Assembly: GCA_041671645.1 (NCBI GenBank)
Contig: JBAZBD010000001.1
Location: 337,217 to 401,216, forward strand
Length of the DNA: 64,000 nt
Direction: 5' to 3'
Source: Patescibacteria group bacterium
Lineage (GTDB): Bacteria > Patescibacteriota > UBA1384 > XYA2-FULL-43-10 > 1-14-0-10-43-13
Shown here piece by piece: positions 39,267 through 50,774 of this stretch (position 1 is the first letter of the stretch; every line of letters starts with the position of its first letter). A model generated the notes under the pieces. The model was given only the letters and a program-made list of their open reading frames with translations, was not told the origin of the DNA and made no database searches. The position numbers were made by a program, and so were the translations under genes.

Positions 39267-39950
39267 ATGAGTAATACAGTTCCAAAACATATCGGATTTA
39301 TCCTAGACGGCAATAGGCGCTGGGCCAAGGAGAGGGGAATGACTTCGTTTCAGGGCCATGATGCGGGATTCAAAAGAGCCAAAGAGATCATTGATTATGC
39401 CAACAACCAGGGGCTGGAAGCGATCACGATGTACTGTTTTTCCAAGGAGAATTGGAGCCGATCCAAGGAGGAGGTGGGTTATCTGATGGCGATCTTCACT
39501 AATTTTGTCAAGAATTTTCTGGATGAGTTGCATGGGAAGAATATGCAGTTGAGACATCTGGGAGATCTCGAAGGCTTGTCCAAGGGGTTAGTCAAAGTCA
39601 TCGGGGAAGCGTTGGAGAAGACCAAAGACAACACTGGCTTGGTGGTCCAGCTTGCCCTGAACTATACGGGACGGGATGAGATCAAGAGGGCCGTCGAAAA
39701 GCTAGTTGAAAAGAAATTACCAGTCACAATTGAGAATATTTCTGACAATCTGGACACTTCTGGCACCTCTGACCCCGATCTGATCGTTCGCACTTCTGGC
39801 GAACAGCGCCTCTCTGGCTTTTTGCTCTGGCAGGCGTCTTATTCAGAATTTTATTTTGCCAAGGTTCATTGGCCAGATTTTACGACGCTAGAGTTCGACA
39901 AGGCCGTACTAGAATATAACAGCCGTCAACGACGCTTCGGCGGGAATTAA
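39267..39950 (+). CDS. uppS: Undecaprenyl diphosphate synthase
   Basis: HIGFILDGNRRWA, FSKENW.R, DLIVRTSGEQRLSGFLLWQ. Confidence 0.97.
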   Translation: MSNTVPKHIGFILDGNRRWAKERGMTSFQGHDAGFKRAKEIIDYANNQGLEAITMYCFSKENWSRSKEEVGYLMAIFTNFVKNFLDELHGKNMQLRHLGDLEGLSKGLVKVIGEALEKTKDNTGLVVQLALNYTGRDEIKRAVEKLVEKKLPVTIENISDNLDTSGTSDPDLIVRTSGEQRLSGFLLWQASYSEFYFAKVHWPDFTTLEFDKAVLEYNSRQRRFGGN

Positions 39951-39954
39951 TATT

Positions 39955-40398
39955 ATGATTACTACCGTTCACGTAATTTCAGGGGGATTGCTGGGCGAAA
40001 GCATTGGAGATCCATTTCTGGCTTTTGCGGCCGGCATTATTCTTCATTTTATCCTCGATGCCATACCACACTTTGATAATCTTCTAGAAGACGGGGAGTG
40101 GACCTGGAAACAGTGGGTCTTCACTAGCGCCGATCTATTGTTGATGACTTCGCTACTAATTTTCCTGAAGCCAGAGCTGTCTCTCTCCAGCCCGTTCCTC
40201 TGGGGCGCTTTTGGCGGACTCTTGCCTGATATCTTGGACAACGTCCCATTTTGGCGCAAAAAGTTCCGAAGTACATACTTTGGCGGGAAGTTGCGTGCTT
40301 TTCACCAAGGGATCCATCCCAAAGGCAAGCAGAGCGTTTTTTGGGGTGCTATTACTCAAATTGCCGCTCTAACTCTCTTTTATTTCCTCTCTCGATAG
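39955..40398 (+). CDS. Putative membrane-bound metal-dependent hydrolase
   Basis: TTVH..G, HFILDAIPH, LPD and C-terminal H..IH motifs in a hydrophobic protein. Confidence 0.65.
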   Translation: MITTVHVISGGLLGESIGDPFLAFAAGIILHFILDAIPHFDNLLEDGEWTWKQWVFTSADLLLMTSLLIFLKPELSLSSPFLWGAFGGLLPDILDNVPFWRKKFRSTYFGGKLRAFHQGIHPKGKQSVFWGAITQIAALTLFYFLSR

Positions 40399-40438
40399 AG
40401 AGCGAGCTTTTCCCCAACAATTTTGTCCACAATAAGTG

Positions 40439-40467
40439 TTGACAATACCTGCTCAGTTTGCTAATCT
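40439..40467 (+). promoter_or_regulatory. 23S-5S rRNA promoter
   Basis: TTGACA-N17-TAATCT; boxA-like GTACTTTGACAA near 40651. Confidence 0.6.
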
Positions 40468-40943
40468 CTTTTTAGTATCAAAAATTGATCTTCATCACAC
40501 TACACAAGGGGGGTCGCAGGTACAATATTCGCCATCGGCGGACAATTATCTGTGATATTAATTTTTTGTCTGGAACAACCAGGCATTTCAGTCGGGGCCA
40601 AAGAGTGCAACTATAAGGTAAAGGTATTTTATACATTGCACTTTTACTTTGTACTTTGACAATTATATAGCGGTAATATGTTCATATAGGTGAATCATAT
40701 TACGGCAAAAAACGTAAAATACTGTAATTTTACAAAGAACTTTGAAAACTCAGCTTTGCTGAGGTGTGCTTGCAGCGCATTTCAAAGTAAAAATATTCTT
40801 CCGATATAAAAAATTTCTCAAATAGTAAACTTTTGTAACCAGCTTTTAGCTGGATCCAGAAATTACTAGTCAAGTGAAGTTATGTCGAATTTCTGCATTT
40901 AGCCATCTTTGATGGCCAGATGTAAGATTTCGACCTCTAACAA

Positions 40944-43766
<2,823 letters not shown>

Positions 43767-43990
43767 TCTACTTGACTAGTAATTTCTGGATTCGTCCAGA
43801 ACTTATCGAGCGTTTAAGATACTTTGGTGTTGGCTCGTCCTTCGACTTCTCTTTCCGCCGATGGCGGATAGCGAGTCGATATGGGATAAGCTGGTGCCAG
43901 AGATCGAGCTCATGTTTTTTTCAAATGTGAGTGTGGCAATATTGCCACACTCCGTGTGCAAGAAACAAATATTGAGACTTTAGAAAGTTG

Positions 43991-44112
<122 letters not shown>

Positions 44113-44201
44113 GAGTTTTCTAAAGTCTTTTTTTGTACCAAAAAATCGGGTTTGCCTCCGATATTTTTTTGGTTAATTTTTTTAATATCTGAAAACAGAC
44201 G

Positions 44202-44795
44202 TTATTTCCCGATGCCTTGGCTGTATCGGAAGAGATAAAAGTTGTCATCGGCGAGAGTATTTGGTGCCATGCTTGCGCTTGTGCAAGTCAAATTTTTTAT
44301 GCTTGTGATATCCTCTGCTATCGAGATTTCCAATTTTGATAAAATATAAAATCCCTGTCCGTTACTGCATTTTTCCTGAAAATAATCATAACGGCATTTA
44401 CTGCTAGGACTAATCCCAGCATAGCAGCCCTCATCTTTGAAGAGTGGGTCGTGTGGGACTGATCCGGTGAAATATCCGCCTTCAACCAGTTTCTGTGCTA
44501 TTGAAATCGGATATGTGCTCGGTGTCTGGGTCACGTCAAGCCATGAAATCCAGCCCCAACCATCACCGCTAAGACCGGTCCCGGGGATATAATAGTTTCC
44601 CGTGTCCTGATAGAGCAGAGAGTATGCTGTGTTGATTTGACCCACGTCACTTTTTCTTCTGGAATCACGTGCCTTCTTCTGCGCAGTTGTCAGATTGACC
44701 ACGACAACAGTCGCCAAAATACCGATGATGGCGACGACTACCAGGAGCTCGATAAGGGTAAAGCCAGAATGAAATTTTTTCGGGCTTGCTTTCAT
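44202..44795 (-). CDS. Type IV pilin/pseudopilin-like protein 3
   Basis: G/FTLIELLVVVAIIGILA prepilin motif, KARD..R. Confidence 0.9.
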   Translation of the reverse strand: MKASPKKFHSGFTLIELLVVVAIIGILATVVVVNLTTAQKKARDSRRKSDVGQINTAYSLLYQDTGNYYIPGTGLSGDGWGWISWLDVTQTPSTYPISIAQKLVEGGYFTGSVPHDPLFKDEGCYAGISPSSKCRYDYFQEKCSNGQGFYILSKLEISIAEDITSIKNLTCTSASMAPNTLADDNFYLFRYSQGIGK

Positions 44796-45400
44796 TAGCT
44801 CCCTATTTTTATAACGAAGAAATTATTCACGTCTTGGCGGTCGGTATATGAAGTGTTCCAAACCGTACTGTCTACAGCACCACTTCCTTTTAAGTTTGTC
44901 AGTATGGTGGTGGCGCCCGGGACGCCTGATGAATTTGCAAGATTACTGTTTGGCGTGTCTAATCCTGTCCATAAGTAATATGTGGTTGCTAAGTAGGTGG
45001 GAACTGCGCAATCCAGACCCTGCACACCCGTATAATACACATACTGAACATTGTAGGCATGGTTCGGGTCTTTGCGCGTATCGTATCTAACGACTGGGTC
45101 TACGGGCATGGTGGGCAAATATGCAGGCACGAGTATCTTCTTAAAATTTTGTTCTTTGACTGTCCAGCTGGTATTCGCACAAGCACTGTCGTAGTAGCTG
45201 CTGCTGCCCCTGGCCATTGCTTCAAGCTGAACAGCTTTATTTATCTCTTGAATATCGGAAACTCTCTTGGCGTCTCTGGCTTTCTTCTGCGCAGTTGTCA
45301 GATTGACCACGACAACAGTCGTCAAAATACCGATGATGGCGACAACCACCAGAAGTTCTATGAGGGTAAAAGCTCTATTTCTTGTCTGTTGTTTTTTCAT
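44795..45400 (-). CDS. Type IV pilin/pseudopilin-like protein 2
   Basis: A/FTLIELLVVVAIIGIL motif, P.DP. Confidence 0.9.
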   Translation of the reverse strand: MKKQQTRNRAFTLIELLVVVAIIGILTTVVVVNLTTAQKKARDAKRVSDIQEINKAVQLEAMARGSSSYYDSACANTSWTVKEQNFKKILVPAYLPTMPVDPVVRYDTRKDPNHAYNVQYVYYTGVQGLDCAVPTYLATTYYLWTGLDTPNSNLANSSGVPGATTILTNLKGSGAVDSTVWNTSYTDRQDVNNFFVIKIGS

Positions 45401-45418
45401 CTTAAAAAAATTGTTTGC

Positions 45419-46009
45419 CTACAAAATCCAACCAGGTTGGTCAATAATAGTAGGAACGTCGCAATCAGTTTTCCCGCCAAGGTTCCAACCGCCATCTTGC
45501 ACGGAATTGCCCCATTCAGGCTTTGTTTCCAAGAATTGACCGTAACATGTTTTGTCACCATAGTTGCCAGCGGTTGTCTCGAGCCAGGCTCGGATAACAA
45601 TACCGTTCGACGGGCCCAAATTATTATTATATATATACTTGAAGGCAATATTTCTATTGGTTGGATCCGTTGGGAGGACTGAAATATAGTTTCGAAAGTT
45701 GTCCGCCAAAATATTGCCTGTTCCCAAGTGCCCGTGAGTGTTGTTGCCTTGTATGTACTGCGCCCCGTAGTAACACCAATCGGTGGCCCCCCTGCCGCCG
45801 CACGAGTCGTCTTTGGCTGGATATGTGCCATTGTCTAATTTATAAAGCCTCGCCGCTGTAGCGACGCTCTCTATATCAGAGATTCTTTTCGCATCCCTGG
45901 CTTTCTTCTGAGCAGTCGTCAAATTGATCACGACAACAGTCGCCAAAATTCCAATGATGGCGACGACTACAAGAAGTTCTATCAATGTAAAACCCCTCCT
46001 GTTTTGCAT
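45419..46009 (-). CDS. Type IV pilin/pseudopilin-like protein 1
   Basis: MQNRRG/FTLIELL; TATAAT 6 nt before ATG 46009. Confidence 0.9.
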   Translation of the reverse strand: MQNRRGFTLIELLVVVAIIGILATVVVINLTTAQKKARDAKRISDIESVATAARLYKLDNGTYPAKDDSCGGRGATDWCYYGAQYIQGNNTHGHLGTGNILADNFRNYISVLPTDPTNRNIAFKYIYNNNLGPSNGIVIRAWLETTAGNYGDKTCYGQFLETKPEWGNSVQDGGWNLGGKTDCDVPTIIDQPGWIL

Positions 46010-46038
46010 GTCAATATTATACAAGACAATTGGTAAAT

Positions 46039-46071
46039 AAAAAATACCCCCGATTGCTCGGGGGTATTTTT
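46039..46071 (-). terminator. Terminator after Cys-rich micro-ORF
   Basis: aaaaatacccccg-attgct-cgggggtattttt, 13-bp stem. Confidence 0.85.
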
Positions 46072-46075
46072 GTGA

Positions 46076-46126
46076 CTAGGCGCCGCAACCGGTGCAGCCG
46101 CCGCATGATCCTGGATCAATTGTCAT
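46076..46126 (-). CDS. 16-aa CxxCxxC micropeptide MTIDPGSCGGCTGCGA (not in ORF track)
   Basis: ATG...TAG, TAAGG RBS 6 nt upstream, TGG-TATAAT at 46157-46165, terminator immediately downstream, GC-rich within AT-rich flanks. Confidence 0.6.
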   Translation of the reverse strand: MTIDPGSCGGCTGCGA

Positions 46127-46175
46127 AATATGCCTTATTTTAATTATTCTTATTTAATTATACCAAACCTGTCAA

Positions 46176-46520
46176 TTAGAGCAGAATCGCCTCGCGCAGG
46201 AGCGGAATGATTTCGCCATATGATTTGGCGGCGATACGGTAAGCAGAACGACCCTTCTCGGTCAGGGAATAGAGAATTCGGACGCGAGAACCAGCGGCAA
46301 CTTCGTGAGTGGTGGCGTAGCCTTCGTTTTTCAATTGCTCAAGCGCTGGGTAAATCGTTGACTCGGTTGGTCGACAAGTGCCCTCGGAAAGCTCTTCAAT
46401 TCTTTTGACAATACGATAACCGTAGGATTCTTTGTCCTTGTAAAGTGTTTTTAATAGGAAGAATTTAATCAGTCCCTGATTGATTAATTTCCGCCAGTAG
46501 CCTTCATTGGTCAAATCCAC
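46176..46520 (-). CDS. PadR family transcriptional regulator
   Basis: SYGYRI, PTESTIYPALEQL, Y.LTEKG winged-helix pattern. Confidence 0.9.
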   Translation of the reverse strand: MDLTNEGYWRKLINQGLIKFFLLKTLYKDKESYGYRIVKRIEELSEGTCRPTESTIYPALEQLKNEGYATTHEVAAGSRVRILYSLTEKGRSAYRIAAKSYGEIIPLLREAILL

Positions 46521-46682
46521 AATTCACTCCGCAAATTAGTTTTATTGCTAATATTTTTAGAATTGAAAAAGCGAGTTCCCTCGCTCGTCGTCGTATCTTT
46601 AACTTATATCAATCTCACTATCTTGTCAACCGTGTTGAGATTTCGGAATTGTGCTATAATTTGGCCGAAGGAAGTGAATCAA

Positions 46683-47567
46683 ATGCCAGAATTACCAGAA
46701 GTTGAGACAATCAGACGTGGGCTCAAGGAAGTTATTTGCGGGAAAGCGATAACTAATTTTGAGAAACGTGACGTTAAAGTTATCCAATTTGAGCCCAAGG
46801 AGATTATTGGTGCCAAAATTATCGATGTCGAGCGCCGAGCCAAGATTCTCATCTTCAAGCTGGATAACAAAAAGTCGATTTTGACACATTTGAAAATGAC
46901 GGGGCAACTGATTTGGGAGGAAAGTGCGGGAGGCAAGGATTTCCAGCTGAAGAAATCTCGGGTGGCTGGCGGTCATCCTAGCCCAGATTGGGTGGCCAAA
47001 TTGCCAAACGTTCATACACGTTCGATTTTTTATTTTGATGATAATTCGGTTTTGTTCTTCAACGATTTACGTCGTTTTGGCTATATGAAATTGTATGATA
47101 CGAAGGATCTGGATAATCTGACTGAATTGAAAAAGTTAGGTCCAGAGCCATTTTCTGACCAGTTTACCGTAGACTACCTGATGCGAAAGGCGTCCAAGAT
47201 CCCAAATCGCAAGATTAAGCAATTCATCACAGACCAGGAAATTATTTCCGGAGTAGGCAATATTTATGTCGATGAAGCTCTATTTTACGCCAAGATTTCG
47301 CCGCTTCGATTGGTCAAGGATATCAAGCTTTCGGAGTGGGGACGGATCCGCGAATCAATTGTTAAAGCGTTGGAACTAGGATTAAAATATGGCGGGTCCT
47401 CCGAGGATACTTATGTCGACGCTTTTGGTAATCAGGGCACGATGAACGATCACACCAATGTATACCGACACACCGGCGCGTATTGTCCTGACGGTTGTGA
47501 TGATACAATTAAGAGAATAACGCTTGGCGGACGCGGTACGCATTATTGCCCGAGCTGCCAGAAATAA
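46683..47567 (+). CDS. mutM: Formamidopyrimidine-DNA glycosylase
   Basis: MPELPEVE start, HLKMTG, SGVGNIY, C-terminal Zn finger GRGTHYCPSCQ. Confidence 0.97.
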   Translation: MPELPEVETIRRGLKEVICGKAITNFEKRDVKVIQFEPKEIIGAKIIDVERRAKILIFKLDNKKSILTHLKMTGQLIWEESAGGKDFQLKKSRVAGGHPSPDWVAKLPNVHTRSIFYFDDNSVLFFNDLRRFGYMKLYDTKDLDNLTELKKLGPEPFSDQFTVDYLMRKASKIPNRKIKQFITDQEIISGVGNIYVDEALFYAKISPLRLVKDIKLSEWGRIRESIVKALELGLKYGGSSEDTYVDAFGNQGTMNDHTNVYRHTGAYCPDGCDDTIKRITLGGRGTHYCPSCQK

Positions 47568-47575
47568 GGAAGAAA

Positions 47576-47965
47576 ATGGAATTTGAAAATGAAGATGAAA
47601 AATTTTTGGTCGAAGAATTAGTTAATTTATTCGACACTTTGCCGGAGCGGATGAACGAAGAACTTGCCAAGGGCGGCAATGATTGGTTGGCCGCTTATGG
47701 CTCAGTCTTGCAGAGCGTTTCTGGCTTCGCTGAATCTCCGGATGGCAAGAAATTCTTGCCAAACAAATACTGTTTGCCCGGAAAATACGAAGAAGCGATG
47801 GGAGATTTGCAAGCATTAAAAGACGAATATAAATCGTTAGCTCCGGGGGTCAAGGATCGTCCAGACATTTCGGACGAGAAAAAAGAGGAGCTTGTAAAAA
47901 GTTTACAACAGATCGGTACGAAACTTGGCTTGCCAAGCGACCTTGAAAATAGTCCCAAGCTTTGA
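47576..47965 (+). CDS. Hypothetical helical protein
   Basis: AAGGA RBS at the mutM stop; start MEFENED. Confidence 0.6.
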   Translation: MEFENEDEKFLVEELVNLFDTLPERMNEELAKGGNDWLAAYGSVLQSVSGFAESPDGKKFLPNKYCLPGKYEEAMGDLQALKDEYKSLAPGVKDRPDISDEKKEELVKSLQQIGTKLGLPSDLENSPKL

Positions 47966-48164
47966 TAGTATATTTGTAATGAATCTTATCGCTAACAAAA
48001 ACTGGTTTTTCTTTTACTTTACTCTGACCAAGGGCCAGTCTATTTAGCGTATTACTCAAAAAACGTTGAAGCTACTGGCCAGATGGCCAGTTTTTTGTTT
48101 TTATGGGCCTTGGATCATTCTAAGGCTCCGTACGAAGCAAAAATTCCCCAAAAAGGAGATCCCC

Positions 48165-48467
48165 ATGAGAAAGGACTATTTTGTTCGAGATCCTTTCGGC
48201 CCCGAAGGCGAGAAAAAGCATCTGTCTGACCGTGAACGTTACGACGAAATTTGGAAGGTAAGCATGAAGGCTCTGGAGCATCATGCGTCTCTCCACATTG
48301 GAGACGTAACAGGGGTCATCATCCTGACAATCCAGGGCGCCAATCTGCGCACCGTTCGCAAGCGGGCAAAATTTCTCGAGTCGCTCGGCCCAGGCCGCCA
48401 ATTCGCGGTCAAGCGCTACATCACTCAGATGGTCAGCGCTCACTACTATCCTTTGTTCGCGAATTAA
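48165..48467 (+). CDS. Hypothetical (orphan) protein
   Basis: AAGGAG RBS before ATG 48165; terminator hairpin after stop. Confidence 0.55.
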   Translation: MRKDYFVRDPFGPEGEKKHLSDRERYDEIWKVSMKALEHHASLHIGDVTGVIILTIQGANLRTVRKRAKFLESLGPGRQFAVKRYITQMVSAHYYPLFAN

Positions 48468-48550
48468 CTCTACCCTATGAGGTGTCCGATCTGGACACCT
48501 CCTTTTATTTCTTGCTATACTTTCTTCATAAAAGTAACGGATTACTGATT

Positions 48551-49321
48551 ATGGAAAAATACGCAGCGATTATCCTTGCCGCTGGCAAGGGCACCAGGAT
48601 GAACGACGGTTCTGATTCACCGATTCCGAAAGTAATGTTTGAGATTGCTGGCGAGCCGATCATCCGCCATAGTGTCGATTTGATCAGGCATGCGGGCATA
48701 GATGATGTCGTCTTGGTAGTCGGGTACAAGAAGGAGCTGATCGAGGATTTTTTCAAAGACGAAGTATCTTACGCTGTTCAAGAAAATCAGCTTGGTACTG
48801 GCCATGCCGCGGCGATGGCCAAGCCACTTTTGCGGGGCAAGACTGAGTCAATCATCATTTTTTACGGTGACAATCCACTCTACAAGCCGAGCACGGTGAA
48901 GAAAATTATCGAACTTTATGAACAAGAAAAACCAACTGTGGCGATGCTTTCGGTCGTATTTGACGATCCAAAGTTTTGGGGATTTGGCCGAATTCTGCGC
49001 GATGATAGTGGCGAAGTGATAGGAATTGTGGAGCAAAAGGATTGCACACCAGAGGAGTCCCTAGTCAAAGAGTCAAACCCAGGGTTCTACATCTTTAACG
49101 CTGAATGGTTTTGGGATAATATAGAGAAAATAGGCAATGAGAATGCTCAGCATGAATTTTATTTGACCGATATGATTGTGAAGGCCAAGGAGCAGAACAA
49201 GCGAATTGTGGCTATGCCCGTCTCGAGAGAGTCGGAAGCGCTCGGTATCAATAACCCCGATCAATTGGCGCTCGCAGAAAAAATATTGAAAGAAAGAATC
49301 GAGGAAAATGACAGAAGCTAA
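48551..49321 (+). CDS. GlmU-like sugar-1-phosphate nucleotidyltransferase (uridyltransferase domain only)
   Basis: IILAAGKGTRM..PKV, QLGTGHA, GFGRI, VEQKD, EFYLTD; ends before any hexapeptide acetyltransferase domain. Confidence 0.85.
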   Translation: MEKYAAIILAAGKGTRMNDGSDSPIPKVMFEIAGEPIIRHSVDLIRHAGIDDVVLVVGYKKELIEDFFKDEVSYAVQENQLGTGHAAAMAKPLLRGKTESIIIFYGDNPLYKPSTVKKIIELYEQEKPTVAMLSVVFDDPKFWGFGRILRDDSGEVIGIVEQKDCTPEESLVKESNPGFYIFNAEWFWDNIEKIGNENAQHEFYLTDMIVKAKEQNKRIVAMPVSRESEALGINNPDQLALAEKILKERIEENDRS

Positions 49322-49613
49322 GGTTCAAGAGAAAGTAGGAGGGCTGAAGGACGAGCTTACTGATGTCGTTAGAGATGAGCAATCGAAGGAAAAGGCGATG
49401 ATGCTGTTGGACTACAAGATCAAAACGATCCACGATTCTACTCGGACCGATTTTTCTCCGATGGCCAAAGTGCATAACAATCTGAGGATGAGATTTCCAT
49501 GGTACTACAATTGGCACATCAGCCCCTGGAGTTCCGTCACACATCGTCTTATTCTATTGCTACTTATTATCGCGATTATTTTTCTTTTCTATATCACCAA
49601 GTCTGGCAACTAG
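49308..49613 (+). CDS. Hypothetical protein with C-terminal TM helix
   Basis: Overlaps upstream stop; GAGG RBS. Confidence 0.6.
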   Translation: MTEAKVQEKVGGLKDELTDVVRDEQSKEKAMMLLDYKIKTIHDSTRTDFSPMAKVHNNLRMRFPWYYNWHISPWSSVTHRLILLLLIIAIIFLFYITKSGN

Positions 49614-49656
49614 TCTACCTGTTGCATTTTTGCTCTCAATATCGTTTGATTAGCTT

Positions 49657-50394
49657 ATGCCAAATCAACTAAGAGTTAGAGCGGTAGTCTTGAAAGGTAC
49701 CAATTTTGGCGAAGCCGATCGTATTTTGACGGTTTTGACAGATCGACTCGGCAAGATCAAAGTGATGGCCAAGGGGATTCGCAAGATCAAGTCTCACCTA
49801 GCTGGAGCGCTGGAGCCTTTTATGCTGGTCGATTTGCAATTGCATGAGGGAAAAACTTTCTATATCGTGACCGGAGCGGCAATAGAGCGGCCCTTTCACT
49901 CTCTGCATGAAAATTTTGGAAAAGTCGGCCAAGCATTCTACTTTGGAGAATTAGTCGACCGATTTATCGAGGAACGGCAGAAAATCCCCGAAATATTCCA
50001 ATTATTTGAAAACGGACTCGAGCAGATAGAGATAGGGATCAGGTCGATAGTTTTGAGGGGATTCGAGCTCAAAATCGTCGAATATGCCGGGTTCAAACCC
50101 GAGCTAAATAATTGTGTCCACTGCAAAGAGAAAATTGCACCAGGTGAAAATTTTTGGGATTCGGTCGAAGGTGGTATAATTTGCACAAATTGTCAGAAGA
50201 TTCATCACCACGGCGAGCGGATAGGGGACGAAGCGGTCAAATTGCTCCATTTCTTCGAGCGAAGTGACTTGGGCACGATTAGCCGACTCAAGCTGGCCGA
50301 ATCAGCCGAGAAGGAAGTCGAAAAAATTCTGGCCAATTATGTAGGGAGCATCCTAGAGCGAGAGCTGAAGAGCAAAATATTTTTGATAAAATAA
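49657..50394 (+). CDS. recO: DNA repair protein RecO
   Basis: GEADRILT...GKI..AKG.RK.KS, C..C...C..C Zn site. Confidence 0.93.
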   Translation: MPNQLRVRAVVLKGTNFGEADRILTVLTDRLGKIKVMAKGIRKIKSHLAGALEPFMLVDLQLHEGKTFYIVTGAAIERPFHSLHENFGKVGQAFYFGELVDRFIEERQKIPEIFQLFENGLEQIEIGIRSIVLRGFELKIVEYAGFKPELNNCVHCKEKIAPGENFWDSVEGGIICTNCQKIHHHGERIGDEAVKLLHFFERSDLGTISRLKLAESAEKEVEKILANYVGSILERELKSKIFLIK

Positions 50395-50409
50395 AATGTG
50401 AGGTATGAA

Positions 50410-50706
50410 ATGAGCGAAGTGACAAATTATGGCATAGGGAATCTTGGCCTTCCTGACCAAAACAAATTTCGAGTGATGTCATGCGGCGCTATTGACCGTG
50501 AACAAATTGTGAGTGAGAATTGGGCGTTAGTTTTTAAATTCAATCAGGACAATTTGTCGGAGTGGAATAAGGCTGTCGATATCGTAGACCAAACCAACAG
50601 AAAACAGTGGGATGTCGCGACTGGCCCCGATCCTGATGATGACACCAAATCTGCGGTCTACAGACGCACAATTGATCCCTCTGGGCAGTTGAGCCTCGGC
50701 AATTAG
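50410..50706 (+). CDS. Hypothetical protein
   Basis: ORF between recO and glyQS, GAGG RBS. Confidence 0.5.
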   Translation: MSEVTNYGIGNLGLPDQNKFRVMSCGAIDREQIVSENWALVFKFNQDNLSEWNKAVDIVDQTNRKQWDVATGPDPDDDTKSAVYRRTIDPSGQLSLGN

Positions 50707-50774
50707 TCGATTGTAAGAACTAACTTTATCGAGGGATTTTTTTCTGCTATAGTAGGGTTACTTAATCGAAGGAA

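Noticed and set aside
40421-40431. DnaA-box-like TTGTCCACA near the 23S promoter (similar at about 52253)
   Set aside because: Isolated imperfect matches with no cluster; insufficient to call an origin or a regulatory site
44202-46009. Diversity-generating retroelement or shufflon acting on pilins
   Set aside because: No reverse transcriptase, no adenine-specific template/variable repeat pair and no invertase in the window
47546-47575. MPELPE at the start of the ORF after mutM, resembling a second MutM N-terminus
   Set aside because: It is the shifted-frame reading of mutM's CPSCQK codons; the RBS-supported start is 47576 and the rest is not MutM-like
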